This document shows, one piece after another, positions 38,232-48,306 of a DNA stretch of 64,000 nt. Source of the DNA: an uncultured Candidatus Binatia bacterium (GTDB taxonomy: Bacteria; Desulfobacterota; Binatia; Bin18); the NCBI GenBank assembly GCA_965200965.1, contig OZ241744.1, positions 2,400,001 through 2,464,000 on the forward strand, read 5' to 3'. Position 1 is the stretch's first letter, and each line of letters opens with the position of its first letter. The notes under the pieces were generated by a model. It saw only the letters and a list, made by a program, of their open reading frames with translations, did no database searches and was not told where the DNA came from. Position numbers and translations under genes: made by a program.

Positions 38232-39604
38232 CAGCGGCCTCCGACCAGGATGGCGTCGACTTTCAGCGTCGGCTGGCCAACCGTGGTCGGCACCCAGCCG
38301 CTTGACGCGCCACACATGCCGGCGGCAAACTCCAGGTCGTTGCCGACCATTGAGATGCGCGGCAGGATTTCGTAGCCCTTGCCGATCAGGGTGGCCCCCC
38401 GCACCGGCTCGGCAATTATGCCGTTCCGGACGATGTAGCCCTCCTGCACAGCAAAGTTGAACTCGCCGGTCGAAGGGTCAACCGAGCCGCCGCCCATCTT
38501 TTTGGCGTACAGCCCAGAGTCAACCGAGGCGATCATCTCTTCGGGCGTATGCGGCCCGTTGTCAATATAGGTGTTACGCATCCGCGACACCGGCGCGAAC
38601 TTGTACGACTCACGGCGGCCCGAGCCGGTCTGGGGTACGCCGACTTGGCGGGCACCGATACGGTCGGCCAGATAGGCTTTGAGCACACCGTTTTCAATCA
38701 ACACCGTCCGTTTGGCCGGCGTGCCCTCATCATCAACGTTCAAAGACCCCCAGTGATGGCGAAGCGTACCATCGTCAATTGCCGTCAGCACGGATTGGGC
38801 GACGGTCTGGCCGACCTTGCCGACAAACGGAGAGGCGTTCTTGCGGATGGCTTCGGTCTCCAGCGGATGGCCGCAGGCTTCGTGGAAGATCACCCCGCCA
38901 AAGCCGTTGCCAATAATCACTGGCATCATACCGCCCTCAATATAGCCGGCCTTGGCCATACGGATGGCCCGCTGTCCGGCATCGTGGGCCAGGGCGGCTA
39001 AATCAAGGTCCTGAAAAAACTCGTAGCCGCCCAACACTCCGGGGCTTTCCATCGCCGTCTGCGGGCCGTCGCCATCCTCGGCAATCGCGCTGAGCCGCAG
39101 CCGGGAGTAGTGCGAGGAATCCTCAACCCACAGACCCTCACTATTGGCAATCAGGACCGAGCGTTGTTTCTCGGCCACCGAGGCCCCGACCTGACGAATG
39201 GCCGAGCCGGCCTGGCGGGTCAGGTCGTCGAGTTGACGCAGCAACTCAACCCGCTCGTGTTTGGACACGCTGGCTGGATCGATCATCACCGGATGTCGGT
39301 CGGCTACCTGTTCCTTGTGAAAGGCGGCCGGCAACCCGCCCGCCTTGGCCTCACGCACCAGATTCGAGGTCAGCCGCAGCAGCACATCTTCTGACACGTC
39401 ACTGCTGTAGCCATAGGCAGACTCATCGCCGAACAACAGACGAATGCCGACGCCAAAGGCGTTGCCGGAGTTAATCCGGTCGAGCTGCTGTTCCAGAAAG
39501 CCAATGGACGAGGTTTGGGATTCTTCGACAAAGACCTCGACAAAATCCGCGCCGCGGCTCAGGCCAAGGTCCAGAATCTTTCGGACGGTTGTTTCAGCCA
39601 GCAT
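38231..39604 (-). CDS. tldD: TldD metalloprotease
   Basis: FHEACGH.LE, VDDEG, GSGRRESY..PVSRMRNT, GMCG. Confidence 0.92.
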   Translation of the reverse strand: MLAETTVRKILDLGLSRGADFVEVFVEESQTSSIGFLEQQLDRINSGNAFGVGIRLLFGDESAYGYSSDVSEDVLLRLTSNLVREAKAGGLPAAFHKEQVADRHPVMIDPASVSKHERVELLRQLDDLTRQAGSAIRQVGASVAEKQRSVLIANSEGLWVEDSSHYSRLRLSAIAEDGDGPQTAMESPGVLGGYEFFQDLDLAALAHDAGQRAIRMAKAGYIEGGMMPVIIGNGFGGVIFHEACGHPLETEAIRKNASPFVGKVGQTVAQSVLTAIDDGTLRHHWGSLNVDDEGTPAKRTVLIENGVLKAYLADRIGARQVGVPQTGSGRRESYKFAPVSRMRNTYIDNGPHTPEEMIASVDSGLYAKKMGGGSVDPSTGEFNFAVQEGYIVRNGIIAEPVRGATLIGKGYEILPRISMVGNDLEFAAGMCGASSGWVPTTVGQPTLKVDAILVGGR

Positions 39605-39732
39605 AGCGATTCCTCCTGAAAGATGCCTCGTCTTGTCTTCCTCTCGAGTCGGTTAAGACGACGCCTCTTTGGGTACGACCCTATGCTTTAGCATAGCGGG
39701 CCGGGGAGGCGAAAGGCCGGGCCGATGGACAG

Positions 39733-40494
39733 TCAAACACTCCGCGCCTGCTTGATAGTCTCGTAGGCGAGTGAAAACTCCTTACATCGCTCTTCGGCAA
39801 AACGCTTCATCTCCTCTGGCAGACCCTTTGATTCCAGCTTATCCGGGTGGAAGTCCTTCATCCGGCTGCGGTACGCCTTCTGTATTTCGGCCTCAGAGGC
39901 ATCTCGCCTGACACCGAGCACTTCATAGGCCTCTTCAAGACTCGCATCGCCTGTGTCTTCGTGGCTCTCGGCACGAATCTCTGCTTCGAGCTTGTCAATT
40001 TGCGATTGGTCAAGTCCGATTCTGGACGCAATGTCGCCTAAGACGCTCCGTTCTCCAGTATCCATCAGATCATCGGCATACGCGACGCGCAGCAGTATCC
40101 AGAGAAAAAGGTTCAGCATGTCAGGGTCGTCGCTGCATTCACGGCGAAACTGCTGTAGAACATCGTCAAGCGGGAACCTGGGTGCCTTTCCCTCTCGGAA
40201 GAGATTTTTCGCAAACTCGCGTTCCTCCGAATTGAGTCCAAGTTCGCCCATCAGGGACGTTACAAAACGGATTTCTTCTTCAGAAATACGCCCATCCGCC
40301 TTGGCGACATAGCCCATTGTTGCGAATACGGTGCTGAAAAACACCGTTTGGATGCGTTCTTGTCCGTTTTCAGACTCAGCGTCGTCTTCAGACCGACCAA
40401 GCCCATAGCCGACTGCTGCCCCGACAATTCCCCCTATCGGACCGCCGATCGCCATGCCCAGGCCGGCACCCGTCAGTGTGCTGAACCATCCCAT
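39733..40494 (-). CDS. djlA: Co-chaperone DjlA (TerB plus J domain)
   Basis: Gly-rich TM N-terminus, VAKADGRISEEEI, HPDK motif. Confidence 0.88.
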   Translation of the reverse strand: MGWFSTLTGAGLGMAIGGPIGGIVGAAVGYGLGRSEDDAESENGQERIQTVFFSTVFATMGYVAKADGRISEEEIRFVTSLMGELGLNSEEREFAKNLFREGKAPRFPLDDVLQQFRRECSDDPDMLNLFLWILLRVAYADDLMDTGERSVLGDIASRIGLDQSQIDKLEAEIRAESHEDTGDASLEEAYEVLGVRRDASEAEIQKAYRSRMKDFHPDKLESKGLPEEMKRFAEERCKEFSLAYETIKQARSV

Positions 40495-40636
40495 CTCCTG
40501 CTCTCCTCGGTGTACAGTCGCTAGGCTGAACTTTTGACAAACCTGATCGGCAATTTCAACGGCAACGTGACCGAAAACTTGATCCGGGGCCGCGCCAGTG
40601 CTAGGCTCGCCTCGCTTTTCCTGGGGGTACACGACT

Positions 40637-41296
40637 ATGAACGGTCCACACGATATGGGCGGCATGACGTGTTACGGCCCGGTCGAACGAGAGGACAACG
40701 AGCCGTTCTTCCACGCCGACTGGGAGCGGCGGGTGTTTGCCCTGACCATGCTGTCGCTCGGAGGCGTGGCCAATCTTGACGAGTTTCGGCACGCCATTGA
40801 GCGCATGGACCCGGTTCACTATCTGGCGTCGAGCTACTACGAGCACTGGCTGGCCGCCCTGGAAACGCTGGCTGTGGAAAAAGGGGTGCTCGCTCCGCAA
40901 GAGCTGGCATCAGGAAGGCTCCAGGGCCGAGCGGCTGAGACGCCCGGGCCGCTGCCGGCCGGGGTCGTGGCCGAAGTCGTCCGTCGGGGGGTCTCAGCCG
41001 GACGCGACAGTGGCCGCCTCACCCCACGCTTTGCCCCTGGCGACCGGGTGGTGGCCCGCAATATCAACCCCAGTGGTCATACCCGGCTGCCGCGCTATGC
41101 GCGTGGCAAGCCGGGCCGTATCGAGCGCGCCCACGGCACGTTTGTGTACCCGGACAGCAACGCCCACGGCAGCGGCGAACAGGCCCAGCCCTTGTATTCG
41201 GTCTGTTTCGAGGCCCAGACCCTGTGGGGTCCTGACACGCCGAGCCGCGACAGGGTGTACATTGACTTATGGGAAGATCATTTGGAATCCGCATGA
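40637..41296 (+). CDS. nthB: Nitrile hydratase beta subunit
   Basis: [39 protein letters not shown]. Confidence 0.95.
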   Translation: MNGPHDMGGMTCYGPVEREDNEPFFHADWERRVFALTMLSLGGVANLDEFRHAIERMDPVHYLASSYYEHWLAALETLAVEKGVLAPQELASGRLQGRAAETPGPLPAGVVAEVVRRGVSAGRDSGRLTPRFAPGDRVVARNINPSGHTRLPRYARGKPGRIERAHGTFVYPDSNAHGSGEQAQPLYSVCFEAQTLWGPDTPSRDRVYIDLWEDHLESA

Positions 41297-41306
41297 GGAC
41301 AAGCCT

Positions 41307-41966
41307 ATGAGCAACGATCGCCATCAGGCTCCCCCCGACCCCAGGCTCGAAAAGCGCCACACGCCCGAGCAAACCCAGGCCCTGGAAGAACGGGTCAAGG
41401 CGCTCGAGTCGATGTTGACCCAAAAGGGTCTGGTCGCTACCGACTCGCTCGACAAGATCGTCGAGCTGTACGAAAACGACCTCGGGCCGCTCAAGGGGGC
41501 CAAGGTTGTTGCCCGAGCCTGGGTTGACCCGGCCTATAAACGGCGCTTGCTGAGCAAGGCCACTGCGGCCATTGAAGAGTTGGGCTTGGGGGGGTTGCAG
41601 GGCGAACATATGGTTGTGGCCGAGAACACGCCAACGACCCATAATGTTGTCGTGTGTACGCTGTGCTCGTGTTACCCCTGGCCGGTCCTGGGCCTTCCGC
41701 CGACCTGGTTCAAGAGCGCCCCGTACCGCTCGCGGGTGGTCATTGACCCGCGTAGTGTGCTCCGCGAATTCGGCCTGGATCTGGACGAATCGGTCGCCGT
41801 CCGGGTGTGGGACAGCAGCGCCGAGATTCGGTATATGGTGCTGCCCGAACGGCCGAGCGGGACAGAAAACCTGACCGAGGAAGAGTTGGCCCAGCTTGTT
41901 GACCGGGACTCCATGATTGGCGTGACCAAGGTCGGCTTTGAGCCCATCCACGAAGGTGAACGATGA
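41307..41966 (+). CDS. nthA: Nitrile hydratase alpha subunit (Co-type)
   Basis: [10 protein letters not shown] metal-binding motif. Confidence 0.96.
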   Translation: MSNDRHQAPPDPRLEKRHTPEQTQALEERVKALESMLTQKGLVATDSLDKIVELYENDLGPLKGAKVVARAWVDPAYKRRLLSKATAAIEELGLGGLQGEHMVVAENTPTTHNVVVCTLCSCYPWPVLGLPPTWFKSAPYRSRVVIDPRSVLREFGLDLDESVAVRVWDSSAEIRYMVLPERPSGTENLTEEELAQLVDRDSMIGVTKVGFEPIHEGER

Positions 41967-42331
41967 TGACCGATGGATATGAGAAGAACTCATCATTCAC
42001 CTTTGCACGCATGACAAGAACCGCTCAGCCGGCAATTGCCGAAATGCCCGGCCAGGCTTCGCTGCCCCGTCGCAGCGGCGAGCTGGTATTCCACGAGCAG
42101 TGGGAACGCCGGGTGTTTGCCCTGGCCGTGTCGCTGTGTGAGCGGGGCTATTACTCGTGGAACGAGTTTCGTCAGCATTTGATCGCCGAGATCGCCGCCG
42201 CCGCCGACCAAGCCGCACCCTCTCAGCCGACAGGCCGGCCGCGGCCCTACTACGAAAGCTGGCTGCTCGCGTTGGAAAAACTCCTGGAGGAGAAAAACCT
42301 CTCCGGGCTGCCCGAACGCAATCAAGAATAA
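41963..42331 (+). CDS. Nitrile hydratase accessory protein
   Basis: [27 protein letters not shown]. Confidence 0.88.
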   Translation: MMTDGYEKNSSFTFARMTRTAQPAIAEMPGQASLPRRSGELVFHEQWERRVFALAVSLCERGYYSWNEFRQHLIAEIAAAADQAAPSQPTGRPRPYYESWLLALEKLLEEKNLSGLPERNQE

Positions 42332-42344
42332 TGAGGAGCGCGCC

Positions 42345-43508
42345 ATGCAGAAAGAAGCCTTTACGATTGATGCGTCGCAAGATGTCCTGACCGACCTGCA
42401 CCAGCGGCTCGACAAAGCCCGGCTGGCCCGGGACTTTGCCAATACCGGCTGGGAGTACGGGACCAACGGGGCCTACCTGCAAGAACTCGTCGCCTACTGG
42501 CGGGATGAGTACGACTGGCGCAAACACGAGCGGGAGATGAACGCCTTTGCCAACTACAAGACACGAATTGACGGCATTCCGATTCATTTCATTCATGAGC
42601 CTGGCAAAGGCCCTGACCCGACCCCGCTGATTTTGAGCCACGGCTGGCCGTGGACCTTCTGGGATTTTCATAAGGTCATTCGGCCGCTCAGCGACCCGGC
42701 CGCGTTTGGCGGAGACCCCGCGGATGCCTTTGATGTGGTCGTGCCGTCGCTGCCCGGCTATGGTTTTTCCACGCCGCTGACCACCCCCGGTATCAACTTC
42801 TGGCGCACCGCCGACCTGTGGGTCAGCCTCATGCAGGATGTGCTGGGCTACGACAAGTTTGCCGCCCAGGGCGGCGACTGGGGGGCGATTATTACCGCCC
42901 AACTCGGCCACAAACACGCCGACAAGCTGATCGGCACGCACGTCAACCTCATGGTCCCGCTGTCCGTTTTTATTGATGGCCTGCCCGACGAATCGCAGTA
43001 CGGACCGGGCGAAGAAGGCTGGTACGAAAAAAACGCCCATTTTTTCACCGCGGAGAGCGGCTATTCGGCCTTGCAGACGACCAAACCCCAGACCCTGGCC
43101 TTTGCCCTGAACGATTCTCCGGTCGGGCTGTGCTCCTGGATTCTGGAAAAACGTCGGGCCTGGAGCGACTGCAACGGCGAGGTGGAAACACGTTTCAGCA
43201 AAGATGAGCTGCTGACCACCATCATGATCTACTGGATCACCCAGAGTTTCGGCACCTCGGCCCGCTACTACTACGAGGCAACCCATAACCCCTGGCAGCC
43301 CTCCCACAACCGCCGGCCGGTGGTTGAAAGCCCGATGGGCGTAGCCGTATTCCAGAAAGAAGTCATTCTCATGCCGCGCAAGTGGGCTGAAAAGTATTAC
43401 AACCTCAAACGCTGGACGCTCATGCCCTCGGGCGGCCACTTTGCCGCAATGGAAGAGCCACAACTGTTCGTTGATGACGTGCGCACGTTTTTCCGCTCCC
43501 GGCGCTAG
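42345..43508 (+). CDS. Epoxide hydrolase (EHN plus alpha/beta hydrolase)
   Basis: HGWP, PSLPGYGFS, GGDWG, GGHFAAMEEP. Confidence 0.93.
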   Translation: MQKEAFTIDASQDVLTDLHQRLDKARLARDFANTGWEYGTNGAYLQELVAYWRDEYDWRKHEREMNAFANYKTRIDGIPIHFIHEPGKGPDPTPLILSHGWPWTFWDFHKVIRPLSDPAAFGGDPADAFDVVVPSLPGYGFSTPLTTPGINFWRTADLWVSLMQDVLGYDKFAAQGGDWGAIITAQLGHKHADKLIGTHVNLMVPLSVFIDGLPDESQYGPGEEGWYEKNAHFFTAESGYSALQTTKPQTLAFALNDSPVGLCSWILEKRRAWSDCNGEVETRFSKDELLTTIMIYWITQSFGTSARYYYEATHNPWQPSHNRRPVVESPMGVAVFQKEVILMPRKWAEKYYNLKRWTLMPSGGHFAAMEEPQLFVDDVRTFFRSRR

Positions 43509-43523
43509 CCGGCAGGAGCAGCC

Positions 43524-44780
43524 ATGTCTACAGAAGCCCCTCGGGCCCTCCGCCGGCTGGGTGCCATATTCGCCCTCCTTGCCTTTCCCCTTCCCTGCTG
43601 GGCCCAAGCCTCCCTGGAAAATCCTCAGCCCGGTTCTTTTCAGAGTGGCATCGGGCTGATTTCCGGCTGGGTGTGTAAGGCCGGTTCCATTGAGATCATC
43701 TTTGATGATGATTGGTCCAATCCGTTGCTGGCCGCCTATGGGACTCCCCGGGGCGATACCAGAGACGTATGTCAGAATGACGGCACCAACGGCTTTGGGC
43801 TGTTGATGAATTGGAATCTGTTGGGCAACGGCGAGCATAGCGTACAAGCCCTGGCTGACGGGGTGGAGTTCGCCGATGTGTCGATCACCGTGACTACCTT
43901 GGGGGGCGAGTTCTTACGCGACGCCAGCGGAGAGTTTGTCCTGGAGGATTTCCCCGAACTGGGGACGGATGTTGTGCTGCGATGGCAGGAGGCGCAGCAG
44001 AATTTTGTCATCAGCCAAGTCATTGACCTTGCCGCCCCGGTCACCGGCCCGACCACTCCAGCCGGGCAGACTGCCCGGGTCAGCGAGGTCCTTGACGGGG
44101 ATACGGTCCGCCTCAGCACTGGGCAGACCGTGCGCTATTTTGGGCTGAATACCCCGGAAGACGGTCAGCCATTCGCCGAGCAGGCAAAACGCTACAACGA
44201 ACAGCTGGTACTCGGCAAACAGGTCCGGGTGGTGGCCGCCAGACCCGAGCCCGACGGCTATCAACGCCGACTGGCCTATGTGTATGTCGGCGACAGTCTG
44301 GTTAACACCCGCCTCATCCGTGCCGGCTGGGCGCATGTCTTTATTCTTGACCCGCTTGACCAGGCCGAAGACTGGCTGCGCTTGCAGCGTGACGCCCAGG
44401 CCGCCGGCCGGGGCATATGGCAGGCCGTGGAGGGACCGCTGAAAATCACCCTGGTGCGCGCCGACGCCCCGGGCGACGACCGTGTCAACCCAAACGGCGA
44501 GTATGTCCGCATCTGCAATGTCAGCCCCCAGCCGGTTGAGTTGACCGGCTTTGCCGTACAGGATGACCAGAATCATCGCTATGTGTTTCCCAGCGGCCGC
44601 CTGCGGCCCGGGTATACCGCCCTGCTGTCCAGCGGCCCCGGTCGGAACAGCGTCCAAGACGGCCTGCATCGCTTTCACTGGGGCAGAGGGCCGGTGTGGA
44701 ATAACTCCGGGGATACCGCCTTTCTGTTTGACCCGCGCGGCAGGCTGATCGACTCCTGGACCATCCGGCCACGCGCTTGA
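43524..44780 (+). CDS. Secreted protein: conserved 'GSFQSGIG' domain plus thermonuclease plus lamin-tail domain
   Basis: Signal peptide; LENP..GSFQSGIG..SGWVC; VLDGDT, TPE, RRLAYVYV, A..AGRGIW; EYVRICN..VWNNSGDTA. Confidence 0.85.
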   Translation: MSTEAPRALRRLGAIFALLAFPLPCWAQASLENPQPGSFQSGIGLISGWVCKAGSIEIIFDDDWSNPLLAAYGTPRGDTRDVCQNDGTNGFGLLMNWNLLGNGEHSVQALADGVEFADVSITVTTLGGEFLRDASGEFVLEDFPELGTDVVLRWQEAQQNFVISQVIDLAAPVTGPTTPAGQTARVSEVLDGDTVRLSTGQTVRYFGLNTPEDGQPFAEQAKRYNEQLVLGKQVRVVAARPEPDGYQRRLAYVYVGDSLVNTRLIRAGWAHVFILDPLDQAEDWLRLQRDAQAAGRGIWQAVEGPLKITLVRADAPGDDRVNPNGEYVRICNVSPQPVELTGFAVQDDQNHRYVFPSGRLRPGYTALLSSGPGRNSVQDGLHRFHWGRGPVWNNSGDTAFLFDPRGRLIDSWTIRPRA

Positions 44781-44832
44781 CGCCCCCGCGCCAAGCGCGA
44801 TAGTTTCCCTCCCGCAAAGGAGCGTGGGTTCC

Positions 44833-46668
44833 ATGAAGACCATTGTCTTGATTAAACAGGTTCCTGTGGTTTCGGAAATGAAACTTGACCCCGAGACCAA
44901 GACGCTGCAACGCGAAGGCCTTCGTTCCGAAGTCAGCGCATTTGATATTCGCGCCCTGCTCAAGGCCACCGAACTGCGCGAGGCCAACGGCGGAGAGGTC
45001 GTAGCCATGACCCTCGGCCCCCCCCAGGCGAGCGACGCCCTCCGCCACTGCCTGGCGCTCGGCGCAGACCGTGGGGTGCATATCACCGACCGCGCCTTTG
45101 CCGGTTCGGATACACTGGCCACGGCCCGCGCCCTGGCCCTGGCCCTCAAACGCGCGGGCTATGACCTCATCCTGTGCGGGCGTCACAGCACCGACGCCGA
45201 GACCGGCCAGGTTGGCCCCGAGGTCGCAGAGTTGCTTGATATTCCGCAGATCACCGCCGCTCGTAGCCTCAGCATCAACGGACGCACGCTCAGCGCAGAA
45301 CGCGAGACCGATAGCGGCTTTGAGACGCTTGAGTGTTCCTTGCCGGCGCTGGTATCGGCCACCGAAGACCTGGCACCCGAACGCTTCCCCAAAAGGGCCG
45401 AGCGGGAGGCGGCCAAGGCAAAGCCGATTCAAGACATCAGCGCCGCCGAACTGTCCTCAGACCTGTCTCTCTTTGGCACCTCGGGCTCACCGACCTGGGT
45501 TGAGTCGGTCGAAACGGTTGAAGATATCCGCGACAAGAGGGTGCTGGAGGGCGAGCTGTCGGACCAGGTCAACACGCTCGTCGAATTTTTGCTGGAACGT
45601 GGCCTGTTTGGCACATGGGCGGATGACGCCGAGGCGGAGAACAGCGGGCCGCGAGAACGCCGGCCAGGCGGCGGCAAAGCTGTCTGGGTTGTTGCCGAAA
45701 CCTTTGGCGATGTGCTGCGTCCGGTGACGCTTGAACTGCTGGGCAAGGCGAACGCACTGGCCGAACACTACAGCGGTGAGGTCGGCGTCCTGCTGGCCGG
45801 CAGCGGGGTGGCTCAACACACCGCCACCCTGGCCGTTCATGGAGCGGACGTGGTGTATGTGGCCGACCACAAACGCCTGGCTGCGTACACAACCGACGAG
45901 TACAGCGCCCTGCTAAGCGCTGCCATTCAGGCCCACACACCCGGCGTTGTGCTGCTCGGCTCAACCGCCATTGGCCGTGACCTTGCCCCACGGGTGGCCG
46001 CCCGCCTGGGGCTCGGCCTGACCGGCGACTGCGTTGACCTGAACGTCAACGACCGCGGCCAGCTGCTCCAGTACAAGCCGGCCTTTGGCGGGAACATTGT
46101 CGCCCCGATTCTGTCCAAAACCACTCCCGAGATGGCGACCGTCCGGCCCGGCATGTTGAAACAGGCCAGGGCCAACCCCGCCCGTCGGGCCCGCATCGAA
46201 CTGCTCCAACCGGGCGAAGCAATCCCCGACCGAGTGCGACTGGTGTCACAGACGGGCAGAGAAGCGGGCAAGGCCGCGGCTCTGGATTCGGCCGAGATCG
46301 CAATCGGCATTGGCAAAGGCATCCAAGGGCCGGAAAACCTGCCGGTGATTGAAGAGCTGGCCGCAGCCCTCGGTGGGGTGCCGCTGGCCGCAACCCGCGA
46401 CATTGCCGATATGGGCTGGCTGCCCAGGCAACACCAGGTCGGCCTGACCGGACGGGCGATTTCTCCCAAGCTGTACTTCGCGATCGGCATCCGCGGTGCC
46501 TTTGAACATACGGTGGGCATTCGCCGAGCCGGCACGGTGGTCGCCATTAACAAGAATCAGAAGGCACCACTGTTTCAGAACGCCGATATCGGGATTGTCG
46601 GGGATTATGCCGAGGTCGTGCCGCTGCTGACCAACGCGCTCAAAGAAGCCAGGGCGGAGCAAGGCTGA
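44833..46668 (+). CDS. Fused electron transfer flavoprotein beta-alpha
   Basis: LIKQVP, GSDTLATA, DAETGQVG (beta); GLTGDC, PAFGG, QVGLTG, GIRGAFEH, INK (alpha). Confidence 0.92.
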   Translation: MKTIVLIKQVPVVSEMKLDPETKTLQREGLRSEVSAFDIRALLKATELREANGGEVVAMTLGPPQASDALRHCLALGADRGVHITDRAFAGSDTLATARALALALKRAGYDLILCGRHSTDAETGQVGPEVAELLDIPQITAARSLSINGRTLSAERETDSGFETLECSLPALVSATEDLAPERFPKRAEREAAKAKPIQDISAAELSSDLSLFGTSGSPTWVESVETVEDIRDKRVLEGELSDQVNTLVEFLLERGLFGTWADDAEAENSGPRERRPGGGKAVWVVAETFGDVLRPVTLELLGKANALAEHYSGEVGVLLAGSGVAQHTATLAVHGADVVYVADHKRLAAYTTDEYSALLSAAIQAHTPGVVLLGSTAIGRDLAPRVAARLGLGLTGDCVDLNVNDRGQLLQYKPAFGGNIVAPILSKTTPEMATVRPGMLKQARANPARRARIELLQPGEAIPDRVRLVSQTGREAGKAAALDSAEIAIGIGKGIQGPENLPVIEELAAALGGVPLAATRDIADMGWLPRQHQVGLTGRAISPKLYFAIGIRGAFEHTVGIRRAGTVVAINKNQKAPLFQNADIGIVGDYAEVVPLLTNALKEARAEQG

Positions 46669-46704
46669 GCGTATCGAAAACCGGAAAACAAGCTTTCTGT
46701 TCAC

Positions 46705-48051
46705 ATGCAGAGGAGCACCGCTCAGCCCAACCTGTTCAGCCTCCCCGCCGGGGGCGCAAAGGCTCTTTTCAGCGATCCGGCCTTTGCCGGCAACAAACGC
46801 CTGCCGGTTCATCGCTGGATACCCTGGATAGCCGGCTTCTCCCGGGAGTTTGTCCAGGACGCGATTGATCGCCATCTCGATACACAAGGCACGGTTCTTG
46901 ACCCCTTCGCCGGTGTGGGAACGACCCTGGTTGAAGCCCTGTTAGCGGGACACAATGCCGTCGGCTTTGAGATCAATCCCTACGCCGCGCTTGCCTGCCG
47001 CACCAAGCTGAGCGCCTGCGAGCTGAAAGACCGGGTAGTGCAAAGAGGGATTCACGCCTTTGAGGAGTTTTCCACGCAAACCCTCCGGAATGGCTATACG
47101 CCACAGTCCAGTCCGCCGGCCGGCTTCAAGACCCGGACGGATTTTTACAGCCCCAAAGTGCTGTCCAAGGTCCTGGCCGTTCAGGATTTCATCTCCAGCC
47201 GGGCGCACAGCCCTTTATACGAGCTCTACCGGCTCGCTTTTGCCTCAACAATGGTTGCCTACTCGAACTATTCCTATGAGCCGAGCCTAGGCCGGCGGGC
47301 GGCTGCCGGCAGAGAAGAGATTGAGGATTTTCCGGTGGCCGAGACGATCCTCAGCAAACTTCGAGAAATGGCCGATGATATTGCGTGGATGAGGAGCCGG
47401 CTGAGCGGGAGCCGGCCGAGCGGCCGAGTGCTGAACGAGTCTTTTTTCAGCGGTGCAGAAAAACTCTCGGCCGGCTCAATTGATGTCCTCATTACCTCGC
47501 CGCCCTACCTCAACAACTACCACTATAACCGCAATACCCGGCCACATCTGTACTGGCTAGGCTTTGCTCAGGCCCCCTCCGACCTCAAGCGACTCGAGGA
47601 GGAAAACTACGGCAAGTTCTGGCAGACCGTGCGCGAGTTGGACCGTATAGACCTCGATTTTCCCTGTGAGGACAGGGCACTCACAGACTCCCTCCGCTTG
47701 CTGCGGGCACAAACCCCCGAGAAGGGGATATACGGGGGCAAGGGCTGGGCGAATTATGCGGCGTCGTATTTCAACGACTGCTATCGCTTTGCCAGGGCGG
47801 CCAGATATGTCTTGCGCCAACGGGGGACCGCCCTGATTGTCATCGGCAACAGCATCTTGCAGGGGGTGATGATTCCGACCGACAGGTTTCTGGCCAGTAT
47901 TGCAGAATCGGTGGGTCTGGAGCTGGTCAACATCCACCTGCCGCGCTCAACACGGGTCGGCAACAGCATCATACAGTCAGGCGTCCGCGTTGCTAAAGCC
48001 AGGAAATCCGACAGACTCTACGAAGCCGTCGTGGAGCTACGCAAGCGCTGA
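46705..48051 (+). CDS. DNA amino-methyltransferase (probably m4C)
   Basis: VLDPFAGVGTT (motif I) before ITSPPY (motif IV). Confidence 0.88.
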   Translation: MQRSTAQPNLFSLPAGGAKALFSDPAFAGNKRLPVHRWIPWIAGFSREFVQDAIDRHLDTQGTVLDPFAGVGTTLVEALLAGHNAVGFEINPYAALACRTKLSACELKDRVVQRGIHAFEEFSTQTLRNGYTPQSSPPAGFKTRTDFYSPKVLSKVLAVQDFISSRAHSPLYELYRLAFASTMVAYSNYSYEPSLGRRAAAGREEIEDFPVAETILSKLREMADDIAWMRSRLSGSRPSGRVLNESFFSGAEKLSAGSIDVLITSPPYLNNYHYNRNTRPHLYWLGFAQAPSDLKRLEEENYGKFWQTVRELDRIDLDFPCEDRALTDSLRLLRAQTPEKGIYGGKGWANYAASYFNDCYRFARAARYVLRQRGTALIVIGNSILQGVMIPTDRFLASIAESVGLELVNIHLPRSTRVGNSIIQSGVRVAKARKSDRLYEAVVELRKR

Positions 48052-48228
48052 CTTATGGCGCGCTATTTTCTCGACGATACTCTGAAGCCCTGGAGGTGGA
48101 CCCGTGAGCCGATCTGCCCACTCACGACCGGGATGGAGGACATCCCACTCTGAGCGCGCTTGGTTATAGCGTCCCTTGCCAGGGTCATGGTTGCCAAATC
48201 CATCAACAAATGAGTTCCAAATAGGAAC
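48037..48228 (-). pseudogene. C-terminal remnant of an Eco29kI-family (GIY-YIG) restriction endonuclease
   Basis: PIWNSFVDGFGNHDPGKGRYNQARSEWDVLHPGREWA; N-terminal part absent. Confidence 0.8.
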
Positions 48229-48306
48229 AGATTGCCGGTCGGGCACGAATGGAACAGGTTGGCCGTCTCTCCCTCAGCGCAAGCGGTCCGAGAAGCTGTT
48301 TTGCCA

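Noticed and set aside
41997-43847. Long antisense ORFs (e.g. 616 aa here, 166..1170, 53228..54502)
   Set aside because: Shadow frames of well-supported GC-rich genes on the opposite strand, with no motifs.
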